NCBI GenBank assembly: GCA_051362555.1 | Contig: CM120647.1 | Span: 17,832,651-17,896,650 of the forward strand | Length of the DNA: 64,000 nt | Source: Lingula anatina | Lineage: Eukaryota > Animalia > Brachiopoda | Reading direction: 5' to 3' | In this document: positions 36,101-47,059 of the stretch, in pieces | How the letters are laid out: every line of letters starts with the position of its first letter | How positions within the stretch are numbered: position 1 is the first letter of the stretch | Notes under the pieces: generated by a model | Database searches by the model: none | What the model was told of the DNA's origin: nothing | The model's input: the letters and a program-made list of their open reading frames with translations, nothing else | Made by a program: the position numbers and the translations under genes

Positions 36101-38442
36101 TCGAAAGGATTCCTCTGCCAAATCGTGCCAAAAGGAGATGACCAGCTTTACACCAAAGATGAAGTACTTTTGGGCATCTGCGTTTTCTATAAGATACAAC
36201 ATAACATAGCACAGCATAGCAGCATAGCATAACATCGTGTAGTAAGTAGTAAAGTATTCTGGGTCCACAACACTTTGTCGTTTAGTTAGACTACTACTAT
36301 TCAAGGTCCAAAGGATAGCGAGCGTTTCCACGATTAACCCCTGTGTTACATGTAGGTGCTTTTATATTTTCATCAAAACAAAGATCAGTTTCATTTATTA
36401 TTCAATTTCAAACAGTAGGTCTGAACCCACGCACACCCCCACCCCAAGATGTAGCATTCCAATCCAAGAAGATACAATGACAAAAACTATTAATTGTTCT
36501 CAAATGAAAAAAAAAGGGGGGGGGGGAGGGGAGGCTCTCCACTAAAAATTCGCACCCTCATTTTTATCATACCTAAACAAGTAAGGAGAGCAGGCCAGTG
36601 TTTCTCTAATTCACAAAATTTCCCTCACAGATGCTCAGACATGCGTCTGCTCATGCAGCGAACCAATTCATATAAGTTAAACAAGTATTCAGAATGGCAC
36701 GTCACGTCAACATTGTCAAGCACACTTGACCGCCCTGTTACCCACAAACCATTCCTCGTCTAATACAAAGTACCTATACTAATTTTAGACCGCTTTGAAT
36801 ACAGGCACAGGGAGAAGTTGCCTCTTGCATAAGGTTTTTTTCTTTTATTTCTATCATTTTTTTATTTGCCTCGATTTTTTTGTTTAGTGCTCCACTCCAA
36901 AACAGTTGAAAGGTGCATGGTGCAAAGTTTTCCCCCGGAAAACTTATTCTTAACGTAATCTCCTGGTGTAAAGGGTATTTTTTCCCAGCTAGCCTCGTTT
37001 TGATCCATTTTGTCGGACACTCACCATTACTCCTTAACAATCTGGAAAAGCTTAAAAGTCCTTAACCCACGCTAAAGAGTGCTTTTCGGCCATCACTTCG
37101 AGCTCTGACATCTGGCTTGGACGCGATTCAAAACTGTGTCAAAGACCCCATTTCCAGAGATTAGATCGATCTACTTTAGATCGACCTAACTCCCTGGGGG
37201 TTCACGCTAAATAGCTGTCAGCCGAGCGGACACGAAAGTTAATTACCCCCTTACAGCTTGTAGTAGGCGGGACGGACATTTAAGTCGGATTATCTGACAG
37301 TAATCTAGTGAGACTCCCTGCGGGGATAGATCGATCTAAAAGCTCTGGGAATACAGCCAAAATGTTTGACACGCATCGATGTTAAATTAGCATTAATTCA
37401 TGGCATTTATCTGTTTAAAAATTATCAAAACTAATACTTGTCCCCAGACAAGTTTAACAAGAAGTGGTTTATGTACTTTACGTACTTTTACGATGATATC
37501 TGAAGTCCTTAAAAAAAATAAATGCATTTTTGTGTATTTTGGTAATCTAATAAAAATTAATTCAACCAAATTTTATTTATTTTCTTTTAGCGGTCTAAAA
37601 TTTAATTCCTATAAATAAACCTGTCTATCTCCGTTCATACTGTATTTTCGAATATGTTGTACAGCTAAAGGGGAAAGCGTCACGTACGTAACCCTGCAGT
37701 TTGATAAGTTGCATTGAAAAGCTACTGCGTAAAATTTACCGCTAAAGAATTCACATGTACGTCAAAATAACCTGCTGCGTAAAATTGTCCCTATAAAATC
37801 CACCCCATAAAAAACTACGCAATAAAAAATACACTATACTGATGCCCCTATAACTGCCACGGCCTCTGAGCACTTTGTACCAGTTGCAATCATATAATAC
37901 TGTATATAAGATATATTTAACCAGAAGCGCAGTTTTATCAGGGTATTCTATGCATAATTAAGGACAGTCTACATTCGTTGACAGGTATTTTTCTATTGTT
38001 AATAAGACGCAACACAATGGATTTTCAGGGTTTAAGTAAACAATTTCAAAAGAGGATATCTATTTCCTAAAAAGATGGACCTTTTTACTCCTTTTAGTTG
38101 TCCTTGAGAAATGGCACAGAACCAAGAACAAATTTTGATTCGGAGTGCACCTTTTCAGGCCATAAGGGCGTTTATTTTGACCTCTCCCCCCCCCTCCCCC
38201 CCCCCCCCCCCAAACACCCACCCAAGAAACTACCCTCCTTGACAACGGGTCTGAACTACGGATTATAAGTACCATTTAAAGTTGTGAACCCTGCGTCACT
38301 CTAGGTACTGTTACTTACGGGTTGATGTCGGGAGAGAGACAGACCCGAGCTGGTCATATATCCCCTCTTCCCAGTCCTCTAGCCCCCGGGACATGTGGAG
38401 GAGAGACACCAAAACTAACATAGCGGCAAGTGACCTCGGCAT
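32432..38442 (-). CDS. Uncharacterised type I membrane protein (644 aa): signal peptide, TPR-like His-motif ectodomain, TM helix, cytoplasmic YENPAF
   Basis: 8 in-phase exons: 38442-38319 (MPRSLAAMLVLVSLLHMSRG|LEDWEEGIYDQLGSVSLPTST), 36186-35597 (AQKYFIFGVKLVISFWHDLAEESFRKAQNLDPSFGMAYWGEA..PNHPAGLHFSLHAFD), 35406-35203 (SHGDHMPAHIFIRIGLWQEA..YHSLEYLQYYLLQ), 34813-34673, 34412-34141, 33997-33795, 33365-33109 (TM: WIIIAAGIVFVVLIIIAVV), 32575-32432. Total 1935 nt. A probable non-coding exon lies upstream, with its donor at about 38750. Confidence 0.9.
34876..35069. mobile_element. MITE of the same family as 6711-6822
   Basis: TIR AGGTCCGTAGCCAG / CTGGCTACGGGCCT. Confidence 0.75.
37146..37355. 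mobile_element. ~210-bp MITE; uninterrupted counterpart of the copy split at 60220-63117
   Basis: TIR CCAGAGATTAGATCGATCTA / TAGATCGATCTAAAAGCTCTGG. The interior aligns by eye with 60227-60345 joined to 63055-63112. Confidence 0.8.
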
Positions 38443-38660
38443 GGTGTGGTGCTGAAATGGTTATAAAATCTAACGTTTAATGATATTTTATTCTTGAATG
38501 TAAAATAAATGGTTAAATAAATGCTAAAAAAAAGGACAAAGTCAATTTGCGACAATTGTTCAAAGTAAAGTAAACAGTGAATTCCTCTGTAAACCGCCCA
38601 ACATACTTCACCGTAAAGGTATTCAGCGACTCTTTCCAATTTGACCTCTCTCCCTCTTTT

Positions 38661-38691
<31 letters not shown>

Positions 38692-39152
38692 CCACACACA
38701 CACACACACACACAAGAGCGAACACAAACGCAACACAAAACAAAACCTACCAGCACGTATCTGCAGTACTTTTCCTTGAAAATTCAAAAATCGCCGTCAG
38801 CTTTTCCTTTTACGTCTTTCAATCCCTCTTCGTTACGCCCATCCAATAATTTCGTACCCCTTCGCTATTTTGTGCTTTATTCTAATTTGAGATACGCGTG
38901 TTTTGTTTGCCGCATATATTCACCTGAGGGTATGTCAAGGTATAGAAATTACAACAAAAGAGGGGCCTTTTTCTATTTGTAAGCGTCAGCTGGTCTTTGT
39001 GTGCTTTCAGGTCAATGTGCGCCAGGGCCCTGCATCATGGAAACGAGGAGGGAAAGAAGTCGATATTGTTGACCGTGTCATTCTGTCATCTGTAAAATTG
39101 AGACGAGGAATTAGAGGAAGCAAGGGAAAGAGAGATAGAAAGAGAATACACT

Positions 39153-39215
<63 letters not shown>

Positions 39216-40590
39216 GCACTATGACCCCGAAAAACCTTTGCTGAACAAATACTATGTTTATCATGTCTAGCTGTGTGTATTTGTCCGTGAACGCGACCTG
39301 CTGCTTCTCACCTTCACCTCTCGTACCCTCTACATGGGCTATAGTTTGATGTTTTACTAGATATTCACAGATTCGCCTCTAGATAAGACTTTTCTGCACT
39401 GTATCAGGGAGTCCACAACATTACTGGTATCTGCGACCCTGGTACAGGGTACAATTCCATCAATTTTTAAGTATGACTGCTGCTAGAAAGTGACCAAATA
39501 AAAGTTTAAACGATTTTCATAAAAAAGGCTTTGAACAAATATAGATTTTGCATTTTTGATCAACTGAATGTTATTATACATGTACATCGACGCTTGAAAC
39601 CACTGAAGATGTTTTGAGAACAAGACATTCCGTATTCACAGATTGAATTTTTACTTCAGTATATTTGCACAGATATGTCTCTGGCACCTTTCTCCAATAG
39701 GAAAAGTGTACTTAATTAATATGCGTTCCTGGTAGAGGGTAAATGTAGTCATTCAATTCCTTTTTCACAAGGTTGAATAAGGACATCGTAAAATGTTTCA
39801 TGTTGTCCTAATCTAACATAGTAAATACGATCCTTCAAGGTTCGAGTTTCTATTCACCGCTCGAGAAGAAGTAAGCAACAAGAGTCGTGAATTTCCAAAC
39901 ATCTTCATTCCCACTGCCCAAGTTCTATCTTTATCCACCAACCACTAGTCTTATTTATACCCTTCTCTACATTAGATATCTTATTAAAATATTACCTATA
40001 AATTAATCTACCCAACACCAGTGCTACTTGTACCCTTCTCTACATTACATATCTTATTAAAATATTACCTATTAATGATAAACTATAATTATTATCCAGC
40101 CTCCCGAGATGAGTGATACTGGTAGTTTATTTAGCCTTGACATTTCTTTTTTCATTGGCACTGTACAACGATAGTCTATATACGAAATTTCATTATAATG
40201 ATAACAAGAGTAATAAAAAATATTGTCAAGTGTCACGAGCATCAAGCGACATCTAAGGGGGGCCTGCGACAGCTTAATGGGGCACCAGTGCTTTATGAAA
40301 CGAACTGTGTATGTGGTTTAAATAAAACTCAGGTGTTCGTGAAAAGAAAGGGTGTAAGATCAACTGTGAACCGGAACTCATCGCGTGCATTCAGCCTCCC
40401 CGTTCATCACATTTGAGAGCACATCTTGAAAAGAAAACCCGGAAGTGATTGAAGAAGAAAAGGTAAACAGGGAAGGCACCCAGTTTACAAACAGAAACAC
40501 GAGCCCCACCCTAGTTTATTTAGAATTTTGACGGAGCTGAGTGTAGTTCTGGCGCTAGTAAGAAAAAAATTGCCAGGAAAATCTACAAAA

Positions 40591-42622
40591 ATGATGGCAA
40601 CCAGCAAGCGACAAACCCTAGAAATGACTGATATCCACGTGTATGAGCCAACTTACGAGGTTCTTTCAAATACGACCACGAGGCCACAGTCTGACGCGTA
40701 CGATGATGTGCACGATGCTGGGACTAACAACTATGAGGCACTGCAGAAGCCAGCGAATGAAGAGGTGTATGCAAAGCTCGGTGATTCGAAGAAAGCGGGA
40801 AAGAAAATTGATTACCGCCGGCTGGCTCTCTACGGTTTTCTGTCCCTTTCTGTTTTACTCAATGTTGTCTTGGTTGTCGCATTCATTGTGGCTACTTCTG
40901 AATACTGCGCATGTCACTGTAGGAATCAAGGTGAGTCTGCTCAAATAAATCCCTCCCTAACAGTCTTAGGGCTCAAATTCAATGGAACTTTCTATTCTTG
41001 AATGAAACGTAGTTTGATACAACTCCGTGGGGACTCTCGCTGAATGCAAACAGATTAGCAGTTTAACATGCCTCCTCCTGCCGTTGAAGAGAATTTAGGA
41101 AAGCTGTTTATTACGCGAGTACGTTAAAAAGAAGAGGGGAAGTGTTTTAAAATATGTTACTCTGATATCATTCAACGAGATTCCCTACGAAGTTGGATCA
41201 ATCTACATAGAACGATAGTTTCATTGGTAATAAGTCCTTACATGTATATTACTATATCTGTAGTAAATTTATAGGCGTAATCAATATCTTTTGCTCGCAA
41301 TAAATTCACAGCAGTTTCATAAATTCACAAAATGACAATACATGGTTTCGCTTAACTGTTGACCTGTTTTAGGAGAAAATGATACCTTCAATGGGACACG
41401 CAGTGAAATGACACAATACAGCTGGATTTCAACTGGAACGTCTGTTCCTACAACTAATTTCATGGCGAAATCAGAACTAACTACATCAGAAGTGACTACA
41501 TTAAAAATGACTATGACATCAGAGCTGACTACCACGTCAGAACCGAGTAGTACTAATTCAGAAATGACAACAGCGTCAGAAATGACTACCACGTCAAAAC
41601 CAACTATTACGACAGAACTGACAACTTCGTCAGAAATGACTTCATCGTCAGTATCAACTACTACAACAGAACTGACAACTTCGTCAGAAATGACTACATC
41701 GTCAGAACCAACTACTACGACAGAACTGACAACTTCGTCAGAAATGACTACCTCGTCAGAATCAACTACTACGACAGAACTCACAACTTCGTCAGAAATG
41801 ACTACATCGTCAGAACCAACTACTACGACAGAACTCACAACTTCGTCAGAAATGACTACGTCGTCAGAACCAACTACTACGACAGAAATGACAACTTCAT
41901 CAGAAATGACTACATCGTCAGAATCAACTACTACGACAGAACTCACAACTTCGTCAGAAATGACTACATCGTCAGAATCAACTACTATGACAGAACTCAC
42001 AACTTCGTCAGAAATGACTACATCGTCAGAACCAACTTCTACGACACAACTCACAACTTCGTCAGAAATGACTATGTCGTCAGAACCAACTACTAAGACA
42101 GAAATGACAACTTCGTCAGAAATGACTACATCGTCAGAATCAACTACTATGACAGAAATGACAACTTCGTCAGAAATGACTACATCGTCAGAAGCAACTA
42201 CGTCGACAGAACTGACAACTTCGTCAGAAATGACTACATCGTCAGAACCAACTACTACGACAGAACTCACAACTTCGTCAGAAATGACTACCACTTCGGA
42301 ACAAATTACATCGCCAGAATGGGCAACTTTAACAGAACTGACTCCCTCTTCAGAACCGACTATGACGTCAGAATCAACTACTAGCCCAGGACCGACTAGC
42401 ACGTCAATACCAACTACGACGTCAGAATCAACTATGACATCAGAACTAACTACCATGTCAGAGTCAAGTACTTCATACGAGCAGACTTCATCGTCAGTAA
42501 CGACTATGATGTCAGAACTGACTACTTCATCAGAATCAGTGTTAACAGCCAGCATGACGGCAATGCCCGTCACGACAACACTAGGCCCCTCTCCTTGGGG
42601 ACGAAGAAAGAAAAGAAAATGA
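40591..42622 (+). CDS. Type II membrane mucin-stalk protein with a cytoplasmic ITAM, class A copy 1 (intact, 529 aa)
   Basis: Exon 1 40591-40930 (CAAG|GTGAGT), exon 2 41373-42622 (TTTTAG|GA). Tail motifs YEVL, YDDV and YEAL-x8-YAKL; [26 protein letters not shown]; CACHC; T/S/E repeat stalk; ends GPSPWGRRKKRK*. Confidence 0.85.
41595..42295 (+). repeat. Coding VNTR: about 12-13 x 54 bp (ELTTSSEMTTSSEPTTTT), built from 18-bp subunits
   Basis: Visible in both the DNA and the translation. Confidence 0.95.
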
Positions 42623-44544
42623 AAAAATAAACAGTTTGCTACCTGTTTAGCTAATAAAGACAAAACAATTTCGAATAGATGTTAGAGTACAATTGCCAAC
42701 ATTCTATATAAGAATTTTATCATTTAGTTGGTATTTTAGTAGTATGCGAGATAAAAATTACATATAGTTAATGGGCATTCAAGTTGTCGCATCTTCATGT
42801 ACATGTATTTTAACCATGGTTGTTGAAGATAGAATAATGTGAAGACTTCAAGAAAACTCGCCGCAAACTGTAGATGCTCTTGCAAATTTGCAGCAACATT
42901 TTTTCTTGCAACAACCTGCAAACTGTTTCTTGAAAACTGTTTAGATTGCAGCAGTTTTGCAGCAAGAGATACTAGTACTCTGTGTATGTGTGCGTGTGGA
43001 GGGGGGGGGGGTGAAGGGGAGTTTTTTTGTGCGGGAGGGGAGTAGGAGCTGGAAGGTATACAGGGTCCTCATATTGCTTTTTCAGGCCATGTGTCAACCC
43101 CACCTGGTGAAGACGAACAGTGTTAAAAAATCTCCGACTATGTACAGCACAATAAATTATTTTTGTCAGAATCTACTTTGTCAAGCTTTTATGAATATCT
43201 TTAAATGCTTTGTCTTATGTTCAGTATATCAAAGCCCATGTTAAACTTTGCGTGACAAAATACGAGTCACGAACGATAATCCAAGCGCTATTGGTTTTTC
43301 ACACTGAAGAGCAACCAGATCGGAAAATAAGAATCAACAAAAAGTAAACGTCTTAAAGGGTGTTTCACGCCTCTAATCTCACTGTAAATAGCGGCGAAGC
43401 GGGCAAAGGGGGCTGAGCATACAAAGACATTGCGTGCGTTGGTTTACCTCCTTTCAATAAGAAAAACTTTTTCTATTTGTATGACACAGACGCCTTTGCA
43501 GTGCAAGCTTTCAGGTACTCGGTGCTTTTTTTTACAACACTGGGAGTAGACGGCTGAAAAAGAAGACTAGCAAACAAGGTACAGTATAACCTTTACCTGT
43601 GATATAAGATAGCCATCATCTGGCCTTAAGCAGTACAGTTACACACTTAATGTAGCCATCATGGGCCGACTGCTACAGGGGCCCAAAAGGGTCTCTCCAG
43701 GCTGATTTGTAAAACAGAAATCCTCTTCAACCAACAGCGCGTAACTGTGATCCTGATTACAAAACTCACGGAGTGAGAAACTTGCTCTCTTACCCATTTT
43801 ACATTCAACAATTTGAACTAACAAAGCATAATTATGATGATAAGTTGATGAACAAGCGGCGACTCTCTGCAAACAGGGTCGACAGACAAATTTAATTTTG
43901 CTTTTGATTTCTCGTCATTTTGATGTTTAATAATTTAATCCAATCAGTTTATTTCTGTACTGATGCATAGATTATCATGACCTTGAACAATATAATATAA
44001 CACAGGCATAACCTGTTGAAGTTTAGTTTAGGGTCGGCGGGAGAGGATATGTCAAATCCAGAGTGTGGGTGAATTAGAACATAAACACAACACCACAAGT
44101 TTTCCCTAGGATCTCGTGTAAATTCCTCCTATAAACTCAATTCCCAATGAATTTTTTTCCTTTGAAGGAAAATGAGTGCGAGATAATTTCCGATTTTCCC
44201 CAAATTAAAGTCGGTTGCGCTCGTTAACCAGCTTATCAATTTCGCCTGACCTTACGGTGCTCCATAACTGTATGATACGTTCATGTGTTGAAAACTGCAT
44301 ATCGCAAGCCTCCAACCAGATTCTGCACAGATGACATATAAGTGAATAAAAATATATTTCGATTTAGTTGTTTGTAATTTAAAGTTTCAGGTCAGCTGAA
44401 AACCAGGAAAAAAGTGAAAAAAGACCTCAAGATAAACTAACTCAACTGCCTTCGCGGACATCGACACAACCGCCTCTTATATTGAGCGCACCCCGGGGCC
44501 ACGGCGGCCGCCTTCACCACGCTGAAATAAACGCACCAACTGCA

Positions 44545-45281
44545 ATGTCTGAGGGCGGGGAGCTGGGTAAACTTGGGGCTGAAGAGAGGGGTGCAGGGGA
44601 GGAAGAAGAGAAGGAGGAGGCTGCTCAAGATGAGTGTGCCAAGCCATTAGCGACAGAAGATGGTGAGAAGGTAGCTCCAATTCTGGACAGCAACCGCAGA
44701 GAGGGGAAAGGCTCCGACTACCGTCGCTTGGTTGTCAATATAATCCTGGCCGTGTCTGTTCTGCTTAACGTGGTCTTGATTGTCATCTTGGTTGTGGTGG
44801 CTTCTAAGGAGTGTGCCCAAGGTGGCATACAGGGTAAGAGAGAAAGAGAAAGAGAGTGAGCTTTTTTCTATACTTTTGTATGTGGGGCTTTAAATTTGGG
44901 ATTTCGGTTCTAATGAAATTTTGCCTTCTCTCGTTTTACTAATTCAGTGACTCTTTAGTCTGATCTAAATTTGTGATCTAATAATTTCGATGTTCTTGTT
45001 TTTAGCAACTAGTTACGTTTAGATGTTCAAACCATTTCATGCTTATCATTATAAAAATTGTTTTTTTATTGAAACAAACCATCTTTCTTCACTGACTTCA
45101 AGGGAATGCCGCAGTGCAGTTTAACAGCACTGTTGCCACGGAAACACCAGTTACACCACGCACGACTGCCGGTATAGGGTCGCTTACATCAAACAGGACT
45201 ACACCACCCGTGATAACTTCTACCGTGTCCACGACAGCAGGCGGTCCATCGAGTTGGGGAAGAAGAAAGAAGAGAAAATGA
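44545..45281 (+). CDS. Short type II membrane protein with an acidic tail, class B copy 1 (intact, about 155 aa)
   Basis: Exon 1 44545-44833 (CAGG|GTAAGA), exon 2 45103-45281. SDYRRL followed by TM VVNIILAVSVLLNVVLIVILVVVA, one Cys, a Thr-rich stalk, and the ending GGPSSWGRRKKRK*. The start is assumed at the first in-frame ATG. Confidence 0.8.
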
Positions 45282-47059
45282 TAATAAAAACATGCATATT
45301 CACAGGACCGAAGAAAGCGGGGAGGGGGAGTTGGGTGGCATCTTTCACCGCCCGCAACCCCCAATATAAATATATATAAATATCTTATTTTTCTCCCATC
45401 TGTCAGCATTGATGAGTACCACAGACGGTACAAATAACCTGCTTTTATGTATTGTAAGCACAAAATTTAAACTTTGCCATAGGGCTTATTGTCAAGGAAA
45501 CTATCGTTCTACGTATATTGATCGCTGGGACTCTCGCTGAATGCTATCCGTTTAGCAGATTAACAAGCTTCCTCTTGGCGCTGGGTAGAAAACAGAAAAA
45601 AGTGGGTAATTATACGGGTGCGTTGGAAACAAGAAGATGGCTGTTAATCTGTTGAAATGATTGCATTTAACGGAGTTGGATCATTGGGAATGAACCCATA
45701 GTTTATATTTTTAATTTTGAGCAACAACACGAATAAGAAATTAAGCCTAAAAGTTATTTTACAAGGAGGATGTTCATTGTATTTTATTTGTAATGTTTAT
45801 TGGGGTCTTATGGCGGACACGTCTGTTTTATAAATAAAAAATCAATTGTATTTTTTATTTGAAATAAATGGTCTCATTTTTTATGTTGTCACGTCTGGGT
45901 AGATCGATTGTAAGTGCAGATACTGTATATACATAAATATCCAAACTGGCCCTCTCCGTGACAAGGTAGGAAGTTTCTATTTGATCTAAGGCTTAGCAAC
46001 GAAGCTTCTGCGGCTCTGTGGTAACTCTGCACTCTTCGTGACATGATCACACTTGTAGTCGGCTTCGAGTTCTAGACGTGTAACTTTTTTTGCCAAAATA
46101 ATTTTTAAAAATTGCAATTTATTACTATAGGAGGAAACATGTATGAACGGAGGGTAGCCGGGTTAGCTAAAGGGCAGTTACGGTAGCTTGCGTGGTTGCA
46201 AAAAATCCAAAATCATCATAAACCAGGGTAACGAAAAGCCACGAGTGCGAATCTCTGATGAAGCTTGTCAGTTTACCATAGGCTCTCGTGGTCCGGGAAA
46301 ATTACCTTTTGCAAAAAAAATAAAATAAAATAAAAATTAAATTAAAAAAAAAAATATTGCTGGTCTTTATCATTAAGTCTGCGCCGCCAATAATTTTTTC
46401 AAGAGTTACGTCGCTACTATTGCAACGCGTGTATCCGGTTACAGCAAGGAGGACTAGTTTAGTGTTATTTGAGGCAGAGGGATGTGTTAGTTGCGATATA
46501 AAAACTATGGTGTGGAAAACGGGTGATAACTAAGACACCATATTAAATTACATTCGTATACTCATTTCAAATGTATGGATCGGATTAGAGGTGACCATTG
46601 TGCAGTATTAAAAACAAGGGGTGATATGAGATGTTTATTTTATACGGTCACTTAATATTAACACCCATCTCTACATTACATATCTTATTAAAACATTACC
46701 TATTGATTATAAACTTTAGATTTTATCTAGTCACACAAGAAAAGTGGTGCAAAAATTTAGCGACATCTTGGGCGCCTGGGACATCCAAAAGGGGCAACAG
46801 TGCTTTATGAAACGAACCCTGTATATGGTTTAAATAAAACTCAGGTGTTCGTCAAAGTAAATGGCACAATATCAACTGTGAACTAGAGCACATCTTGAAA
46901 AGAACAACCCGGAAGTGATTTGAGGAGATACGCAAATAGGGAAGGCACCCAGTTAACAAACGATAAAACGAGCCTCGCCCTAGTTTATTTAGTATTTTGA
47001 CGGAGCTGAGTGCAGTTCTGAAACTAGTTAGGGAAATTGCCGGAAACTCTAATAAAATT

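Noticed and set aside
36187-36331. Apparent hydrophobic N-terminus (MLCYAAMLCYVMLYL) of the 280-aa ORF
   Set aside because: It is an intronic (TATGC/T)n repeat upstream of the CTTATAG acceptor. A better signal-peptide exon at 38319-38442 joins in phase.
40931-41001. Single-exon ORF endings (ESAQINPSLTVLGL...) of the class A genes
   Set aside because: Read-through into the intron and MITE past a consensus AAG|GTGAGT donor that is conserved in all four copies.
41317-42663. 448-aa V/S/D-rich minus-strand ORF, and similar ORFs at 57617-58675 (+), 51123-51836 (-) and 47881-48261 (-)
   Set aside because: These are antisense shadows of the stop-free T/S/E coding repeats. Splice sites and the conserved terminus support the opposite strand.
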